IMG/VR virus record: IMGVR_UViG_3300020045_006023
Location: 1 to 29,802 of that record
Length of the DNA: 29,802 nucleotides
Origin: a virus
Lineage: Duplodnaviria > Caudoviricetes
Reading direction: 5' to 3' (one strand)
Positions 24,254 to 29,802 of this stretch are shown here, one piece after another (the first letter of the stretch is position 1; the number at the start of each line of letters is the position of its first letter). Both the position numbers and the translations under genes were made by a program. The notes under the pieces are model-generated. The model was not told the DNA's origin. It saw nothing but the letters and a program-made list of their open reading frames with translations, and made no database searches.

Positions 24254-24484
24254 ATGAAAACTGATGATAATAGATGCCTGGAATGTGGCGTAAAACTGAT
24301 CGGTAAAAATGCAATTGATGTAGGTTACTGTATACCTTGTTATAATATGATGATGTGTGAAGGTAGTTATGACGATGAAGATGATTTTGATCGATGTAGT
24401 GAATGTGATGGCCATGACGCATGTGCTGATTTTGGATGTGCTATTAAGTCAGGACTCGGTAATTTACTTCAAAAACCTATCTAA
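24254..24484 (+). CDS. Cys-rich small metal-binding protein
   Basis: CLEC, CIPC and CSECDGHDACADFGC; last plus-strand gene. Confidence 0.65.
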   Translation: MKTDDNRCLECGVKLIGKNAIDVGYCIPCYNMMMCEGSYDDEDDFDRCSECDGHDACADFGCAIKSGLGNLLQKPI

Positions 24485-24863
24485 AGTAAAACCAACTACA
24501 CCCAGCGAAGAAAAGAACCCGTAAAGCCAGCCTGATAAGCCAGTGAATCCGACCAATAAGCTGATCAAACCACGCTGTTTTACCTGAGTAGGTCCAAATG
24601 TTTATATGGCTGTGTGATTCTGAATGCCTTTTCAAAAAGTAGTGGGTCAAATAATCAAACACCAGAACTCTCCATGCAACGCACATCATTAGAAACGTTA
24701 CAGGGTTATAGTTCAGCATCCACAAAACAATGGACGCGAATACACAGCCTATTGCAGCCCTGTAGAAGTCCTTTCTCTTTTCTTGCTTGGATTCGCCTTT
24801 ACGATCACTCCATGCCTCCCATAGTGTGGGGATCAGCGCAAGGAAGAATATTACCGTATTCAT
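24477..24863 (-). CDS. Multi-pass membrane protein
   Basis: 128 aa with 3-4 hydrophobic segments. Confidence 0.65.
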   Translation of the reverse strand: MNTVIFFLALIPTLWEAWSDRKGESKQEKRKDFYRAAIGCVFASIVLWMLNYNPVTFLMMCVAWRVLVFDYLTHYFLKRHSESHSHINIWTYSGKTAWFDQLIGRIHWLIRLALRVLFFAGCSWFYFR

Positions 24864-25027
24864 TTCCGCTTAACTAACCTGTCAATTTCAATAGCTGACC
24901 ACGCTACAAATACAATAGCATCAAAGATAATAACCTCTCCTATCCACTCATTTGGGTAAAGTAATTGACTAATCCACGGAAAGATAAACAAGGCTAGTAA
25001 TATGAGTCTGAGGTATTTTATTTTCAT
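24860..25027 (-). CDS. Small 2-TM membrane protein
   Basis: Likely ATG 25027 (MKIKYLRLILL), since the track start lies in a terminator hairpin. Confidence 0.6.
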   Translation of the reverse strand: MKIKYLRLILLALFIFPWISQLLYPNEWIGEVIIFDAIVFVAWSAIEIDRLVKRK

Positions 25028-25029
25028 AG

Positions 25030-25059
25030 AAATAAACCGAGGCGCCACTAACGCCCCGG
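25030..25059 (-). terminator. Intrinsic terminator of the late/lysis transcript
   Basis: Minus strand CCGGGGCG-TTAGTGG-CGCCTCGG-TTTATTT. Confidence 0.65.
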
Positions 25060-25070
25060 ATCAGTTTAGG

Positions 25071-25361
25071 TTAAGCTACTGTTTCCTGAAGGTCAACCAG
25101 AATAGCGTCCAGCTTTGCAGCCAGTGCGGTTCTTTCTTCCTCAGTACCCCCGTTGGCTACAATAGCCTGAAGGTCGGTAATACTTTGCTGTAGCGCAGCG
25201 ATAGCCGCCGCAATTGCTACTTGTTCCTCATCTAAAGCGACCTGTAATTGGTCCACTTTTGCTGTCAATTCTTGAATGTTGGCCATAATAATGTTTAGTT
25301 TTTTATTTAGTTTTTTGAATAGTTGGTACGTGATACAGTCCATAAATCTAAAGATACGCAT
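25071..25361 (-). CDS. Coiled-coil protein (lysis cassette)
   Basis: MANIQELTAKVDQLQVAL... helical hairpin; start codon uncertain. Confidence 0.6.
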   Translation of the reverse strand: MRIFRFMDCITYQLFKKLNKKLNIIMANIQELTAKVDQLQVALDEEQVAIAAAIAALQQSITDLQAIVANGGTEEERTALAAKLDAILVDLQETVA

Positions 25362-25362
25362 T

Positions 25363-25596
25363 TTAAATGTGTTTGTTCACATCTACCTTTATAAGGTTCT
25401 TAGAACTGTCACCAGGAACTAATACCTCCTTACCGTCCGGAACACGTTTGTTAATAATAATCATATCAACTATTCGTTTGATAAGATCAAGAATGGACAA
25501 ATCCCACTTTGTAGGCCAGATTCTTGCGATGATTTCCCAAAGTACAGGGGCTAACCAAAGCCAGTTTTCTTTGATAAAATTTAATACTGCTTCCAT
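25363..25596 (-). CDS. Putative holin-like membrane protein
   Basis: 77 aa, N-terminal hydrophobic and amphipathic helices, charged tail. Confidence 0.5.
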   Translation of the reverse strand: MEAVLNFIKENWLWLAPVLWEIIARIWPTKWDLSILDLIKRIVDMIIINKRVPDGKEVLVPGDSSKNLIKVDVNKHI

Positions 25597-25614
25597 ATTA
25601 TTTTTTGTTTAAGG

Positions 25615-26004
25615 TTAATCTATTTTAATATTATCTTGATTCACACCGTCTGCGATGTTACTTTTTTCATCCACTGCTTTTCTGAACTTCTCCTTTGCCA
25701 CTGACATCATTTGAAGGATCACGTACGAACCAGAGAACCCAACAAACACAAAGATAGATTTCATTTTACCAATAGCGTAGTTCCCTAAATCGCCCATCCA
25801 CTCATCAGCCAAAAACACAAGAATAAATGAAGCTCCTAAATCTGTTATCAATCCGTACTTATCGTCTTTGATGTATGACAAGATAGAAAAGTCCATATTG
25901 GCTTTCTTGTAGTCTTTAGAAAGTGAAAGTATTTTCATAGCCACATGAAGCAGATTACCTACAAGGCAGGCTATAAGACAATCAATATATTGCTCGTGTG
26001 TCAT
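25615..26004 (-). CDS. Putative holin (3 TM)
   Basis: Three hydrophobic segments and a charged C-terminus, coupled to the endolysin gene. Confidence 0.55.
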   Translation of the reverse strand: MTHEQYIDCLIACLVGNLLHVAMKILSLSKDYKKANMDFSILSYIKDDKYGLITDLGASFILVFLADEWMGDLGNYAIGKMKSIFVFVGFSGSYVILQMMSVAKEKFRKAVDEKSNIADGVNQDNIKID

Positions 26005-26582
26005 TTGTTTATTGTTATATCAATTGGTACTACATCAACATGTAAACAATTCTGATTCCTTTCAGGCAAACATCCCTTCAGTCCTTTTACGTTTCCTATT
26101 GCCCCCTTGATTACTTTTGTCTCGTTCGCTATTCCGTCAATATTTCCTCCAATATCGAAAGCCGTTCCAGTTGTGTGAGGGCTTGCACCTATTATGAATC
26201 CTTTTTTATTCTCTGTACTTCCCGGTCTATAGTAATCCATTAGGCATCGTGCAGGCAAAGGAGGATTCACAACAAATCCAAGGTTCAAAAGTTTGCTCCA
26301 AGCTGGCTGCCATCCATAAACCTCGTTACCTTCGTACATTATTTTGTAGGTCAGTGGCTCCCAAACATCTTGATAATCTTTTGCAAGTCCTCTCCGGGTT
26401 ATTTCAGTTTTAATTATCCGTAACTGTGATTCCGAATCCCTTAACCCTGAAGTAACGTAAGCAATTAAATTCGCCTGTTTGAAATGCTCATCCAGTGCAA
26501 AAATAACCGGGTCGATATGTTCGGTTAAAACAACTGACTGCTTTATAAGTAAAAACTTGTTATCGTTGCACTTCCATTTCAT
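26001..26582 (-). CDS. Endolysin, peptidase M15 family
   Basis: Zinc motifs VTSGLR...SPHTTGTAFDI...LHVD. Confidence 0.85.
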   Translation of the reverse strand: MKWKCNDNKFLLIKQSVVLTEHIDPVIFALDEHFKQANLIAYVTSGLRDSESQLRIIKTEITRRGLAKDYQDVWEPLTYKIMYEGNEVYGWQPAWSKLLNLGFVVNPPLPARCLMDYYRPGSTENKKGFIIGASPHTTGTAFDIGGNIDGIANETKVIKGAIGNVKGLKGCLPERNQNCLHVDVVPIDITINK

Positions 26583-26833
26583 TTCTTTGGATATCTAACA
26601 ATAAAAACAGCCTGCTTTAAGTTCTCAATTTCTGCCTCATGCACTTGGGTGATGGTTTTCAATTCGCTCAATGTTTCTGCCGTCACTTCGTTGTGTTGGT
26701 CCTGTTTCTGTAACCACCGATTGAACCCCCAAATAACTACACCGCTTACAATCGGGAAACTAACAGCAACAAATAGCCCTACTGCGTAAAGCATTACTAC
26801 TAAATCCCTTAATTGTATATCGTCAACGTTCAT
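26579..26833 (-). CDS. TM plus coiled-coil protein (holin/XhlA-like)
   Basis: Long N-terminal hydrophobic segment followed by heptads. Confidence 0.5.
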   Translation of the reverse strand: MNVDDIQLRDLVVMLYAVGLFVAVSFPIVSGVVIWGFNRWLQKQDQHNEVTAETLSELKTITQVHEAEIENLKQAVFIVRYPKK

Positions 26834-27078
26834 TTTTCAAGTCCTTTAATCATTCTATTGATTAACATGTTGTCAATAAATCTCTTTGTCCTTCGTGCCG
26901 CAAGTTCTGAGCAACAATCAAAGAAATCTTTTTTCCTCCACTTGTTGCCGAACGCTAATTTTTTAGCTTTGGCGGGGCCATGATCCCCCGCCTCTGCCTT
27001 GATTATGGTATCCCTTTCGGCATACGTATTAGATTCGGATTGCAGCCCGATACCATCTAATGTTTTTAGTTCGTTCAT
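26830..27078 (-). CDS. Hypothetical protein
   Basis: 82 aa, ATGA-coupled. Confidence 0.5.
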   Translation of the reverse strand: MNELKTLDGIGLQSESNTYAERDTIIKAEAGDHGPAKAKKLAFGNKWRKKDFFDCCSELAARRTKRFIDNMLINRMIKGLEK

Positions 27079-27623
27079 CTTATTACTCGATATCCGTCAG
27101 ACACAATATAACGATTGTCAATAATTCTTGTCTTTATCGTATGAAACCCAGGAGTTAAATCCCATCCCTTCACAACTCCGTTGCCAGCGTTTACAAGTCC
27201 TAAGTTAATAATTTCTTCCGGCTTCGTGTCTATTATGATCCCTACACGGCCACTGCCTATCTTCTGCTCTGCAATCCACTCAAGTCGATGCCCTGTGAAT
27301 TGAAAAGTCATCGTGCCCCCGATTAAATTATGATACGCCATCGTACCGTTTGAAAACCCTGCCGCTGTAGTAGCACCATTGTACCAGCCCTGGCTATAAA
27401 CGATTGAAGCGTCTGTGTTATCGTATAAAGTTGTAACCACTGGAGGAACTTCTTTTTCAAAGGTGATTGTAATTTTATACTTATCTTTCGTTGGTTGTTC
27501 GAGTAGCAATAAGGTATAGTCATTCATCACGAAAGCGGTATCCTTATGCAGTAACGTAGGCGAAAAACAACAATCTTGAGCTAAGGCTGTGAATGATAGA
27601 AGTAAAAGGAATATTGTTTTCAC
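27075..27623 (-). CDS. Secreted protein with a galactose-binding-like beta-sandwich
   Basis: Signal MKTIFLLLLSFTALA-Q; DNTDASIVYSQGW...TFQFTG...GRVGIIID...GFHTIK pattern. Confidence 0.6.
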   Translation of the reverse strand: MKTIFLLLLSFTALAQDCCFSPTLLHKDTAFVMNDYTLLLLEQPTKDKYKITITFEKEVPPVVTTLYDNTDASIVYSQGWYNGATTAAGFSNGTMAYHNLIGGTMTFQFTGHRLEWIAEQKIGSGRVGIIIDTKPEEIINLGLVNAGNGVVKGWDLTPGFHTIKTRIIDNRYIVSDGYRVIR

Positions 27624-27784
27624 TGTATGGGTATGCCGTGCTTTATTGATAATCTCTTTTGTATTTTTTGAATATCTTTTTCACTGAGTGCGTGATCATA
27701 AACAACACTTTCAGTAAGGATTACATTTCTATCAACAACTAAACTTGTTAAGTATAATAACGCTTTATTTTTTTCAGATTTCAT
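27620..27784 (-). CDS. 54-aa ORF resembling the LamG C-terminal strand/helix of the upstream gene
   Basis: Not in the track. MKSEKNKALLYLTSLVVDRNVILTESVVYDHALSEKDIQKIQKRLSIKHGIPIQ; GTGA-coupled to the next gene. Confidence 0.6.
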   Translation of the reverse strand: MKSEKNKALLYLTSLVVDRNVILTESVVYDHALSEKDIQKIQKRLSIKHGIPIQ

Positions 27785-27794
27785 ATTTTTACAT

Positions 27795-29801
27795 TTACCA
27801 GTCTATAAAGCTATCTCCAATTGTAATACTGTGATCCGCTGCCAACTTTTTAAACACCTCCATTATTTCCTGTTCACTTAATGGCCTGTTGTAAAATGCA
27901 AGTTCTTTGAAGTCAAAAGATGTATATGTAGTTGTACTTCTTCTTAATGCACCAATCGAAAAACGGTTTAATGACGAAAGTCCAGAATATAAAACTCTCG
28001 CGTCTGACCTTGCTACAAGATCAGTTCCTCCATTATTAGCCACCTCTAGGTATTGTCTAATTCCATTAACATACAATGTTGTGTTCTCTCCATCGCACAT
28101 CATAGCAACCACCGCGAAGTCAGTAGTTGATGTCATTGATGTTTGACCCTTTACTATAGCACCGTGTCCAGAGGTCAAATTAACCATTGTAGCGCTTCCG
28201 TTAAATGTTTGACTTGTAGCAAATGAATGGTATCTCGCTGCTGTTGATGCCCCTGCTGAAAGTATGTAAGCAGCAGAAGTATTTGATGACTTGTGTCGAA
28301 TAACAGCGAATATTGTACCTGTTCCTAGTGTGAACATATTTGTGCTTGGTACATCTAAATAGTCGTTAGTTCCGTCTAGAATTAAATACGTGGGGGTAGT
28401 CGCATCGTCAACAACAGGGCTTCCGGCCACAGTAGTAATATTGAAGCCACCACCGCTTAAATCATTCATCCCTGTTAGGGTTGTTCCTGACTTTGAAATA
28501 TCCGATGCGGAAACCCTATAATGTCTTACAAGACCATCAATATCAGTAAGAGCACTTAGTGTAGATACGCTCCAATTATCAGGGTCATCAACTTCAGGCG
28601 CGCCTTTTGAAAGCGTTGTTATTAGTGCTCTTGCTGGAGAGCTCTCAGTGAACATAGCGATCGCAAAGTTTTTATTTGCAGGGATTTCATAGTAATTAAA
28701 AGGCCAAGTCGACCTAAAGAAGTCATCAGCAATACCCTCGTTAAGATCGCCAATTAAAATAAATGTATCCCCAAAGTTATAAGTACGGTACAGTTTTAAA
28801 TGGTTGTAATCTGTTCCCCCCACGTTAACCACACACCTGACTATGATATCAAAACTATTAGCGTTATATATAATCAAACTAGAAAAAGGAGATACATCCC
28901 CCGCAACCGTATTATTTACAAGGGTCTCACCCGGGAAAGAGATTGTTTTTGTTAGCCAACTTCCGCCGCTATTGTATAGAATATGATAAGGGCCACCAAT
29001 TGTGTCCGCTACAATAGTGTAATAATTTCCATTTTCATCTAGTGATGAAGGCTGGAAGTAAGATTGGTAACCGATAGCATTTTCGTATATTTTATAGTTT
29101 GCTTCAAGCTGCGCAAAAGTAATTGCCGCTGAGGTTATATCAGCCGAAAAACTTTCATCATAATTATAGTAGTCTTCAAAATTTTGAGTTTTTAGCAGGT
29201 ATCTTTTACTTACCGTTAAGTCAGTTTCTCTATAATTTGCTTCTAAGAAGTACCACCCGTTAGCCTTGTAACGTAGTGGCATTGTTGGGTATATTCTGTA
29301 TCCTGATCCTTCATTTATAGTTTGTATTAACTGGGTGCCAGATCCCCATGTTTCACCGCCATTTGTTGCTCTGTACTGACTTGTGCCGTAATTTACAACG
29401 CCGGTTCTATTCCTTATCCATGCTACCGCATTACCATCATCATCTGGAAAAGCCTTTGGGTAACCTAATTCTAATCCTGATCCGATGATGTCACCCGTTG
29501 CAGCGAATAAGTTTTGCCAAGCAGATACATCTTCCTCGTTTCTCGCTTTATAAATGTATACAGGAGTTTGGTGCGGATCGGTTCTAAATGCGTAATATCT
29601 TAGGCTATCCTCAGAAAAAAACATAGTCGATAACGCATGGTTATCCGTGGCATCGTTTCTATTTATTCCGGGATAAGGAACACGTAAACCATACCCAGTA
29701 TCATATCTAAAGAAGGAGCCTCCTTGATTGTACGGAGATGCGTTATCTCTTGAATATGCGATATTTGTTGTACCGTTTCTGTAGAAAGTTCCCTGAACAT
29801 A
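27795..29801 (-). CDS. Receptor-binding/tail fibre protein: BNR (Asp-box) propeller plus LamG/ConA-like domain (5' partial)
   Basis: The frame stays open to the window edge. Asp-boxes RATNGGETW and RTYNFGDTF; LamG motifs LDGTNDYL, TLYVNG and ELAFYNRPLS. Confidence 0.8.
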   Translation of the reverse strand, partial: YVQGTFYRNGTTNIAYSRDNASPYNQGGSFFRYDTGYGLRVPYPGINRNDATDNHALSTMFFSEDSLRYYAFRTDPHQTPVYIYKARNEEDVSAWQNLFAATGDIIGSGLELGYPKAFPDDDGNAVAWIRNRTGVVNYGTSQYRATNGGETWGSGTQLIQTINEGSGYRIYPTMPLRYKANGWYFLEANYRETDLTVSKRYLLKTQNFEDYYNYDESFSADITSAAITFAQLEANYKIYENAIGYQSYFQPSSLDENGNYYTIVADTIGGPYHILYNSGGSWLTKTISFPGETLVNNTVAGDVSPFSSLIIYNANSFDIIVRCVVNVGGTDYNHLKLYRTYNFGDTFILIGDLNEGIADDFFRSTWPFNYYEIPANKNFAIAMFTESSPARALITTLSKGAPEVDDPDNWSVSTLSALTDIDGLVRHYRVSASDISKSGTTLTGMNDLSGGGFNITTVAGSPVVDDATTPTYLILDGTNDYLDVPSTNMFTLGTGTIFAVIRHKSSNTSAAYILSAGASTAARYHSFATSQTFNGSATMVNLTSGHGAIVKGQTSMTSTTDFAVVAMMCDGENTTLYVNGIRQYLEVANNGGTDLVARSDARVLYSGLSSLNRFSIGALRRSTTTYTSFDFKELAFYNRPLSEQEIMEVFKKLAADHSITIGDSFIDW

Positions 29802-29802
29802 C

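Noticed and set aside
10752-28146. Other shadow ORFs (e.g. 10752, 10939, 12311, 12528, 12747, 13370, 14419, 14966, 16531, 17710, 18058, 18280, 20683, 21990, 22895, 24138, 24221, 24614, 25002, 25367, 27323, 27907)
   Set aside because: They are antisense to or nested in better ORFs or the structured RNA, and break the strand organisation.
1-29802. CRISPR array, DGR, retron, integrase/att site or IS element
   Set aside because: No regular repeat-spacer array, reverse transcriptase, TR/VR pair, recombinase or transposase was seen; the only notable direct repeat has two copies.

Overview
About 30 kb of a tailed dsDNA phage (Caudoviricetes, probably siphovirus-like) with a likely Bacteroidota host, judged from TTG-N17-21-TAnnTTTG promoters, A-rich SD-poor start contexts and signal peptides ending in A-Q. 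The left arm (1-13320, minus) runs from a divergent promoter at 13.32-13.41 kb through small accessory genes, GIY-YIG and HNH nucleases, terS and terL, a tail-chaperone pair with a -1 slippery site, tail proteins and the tape measure. The middle (13441-24484, plus) appears to be the complete early region: SSB-like protein, HNH, SNF2 helicase plus DNA methyltransferase, tRNA-Thr(UGU) and many small ORFs, with no recognisable repressor, integrase, primase or polymerase. The right arm (24477-29802, minus) carries a BNR/LamG receptor-binding protein and a lysis cassette with an M15 endolysin and holin-like proteins. The most notable signal is non-coding. A promoter-proximal terminator/antiterminator leader (19.75-19.85 kb) is followed by a ~700-nt highly structured non-coding region (20.63-21.33 kb). 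That region contains a tRNA-like domain and a ~70-nt domain whose exposed segments are co-linearly complementary to the leader, suggesting an RNA-only antisense attenuation circuit analogous to P4 CI / P1 C4. All folds were worked out by eye and all protein calls rest on motif recognition only.
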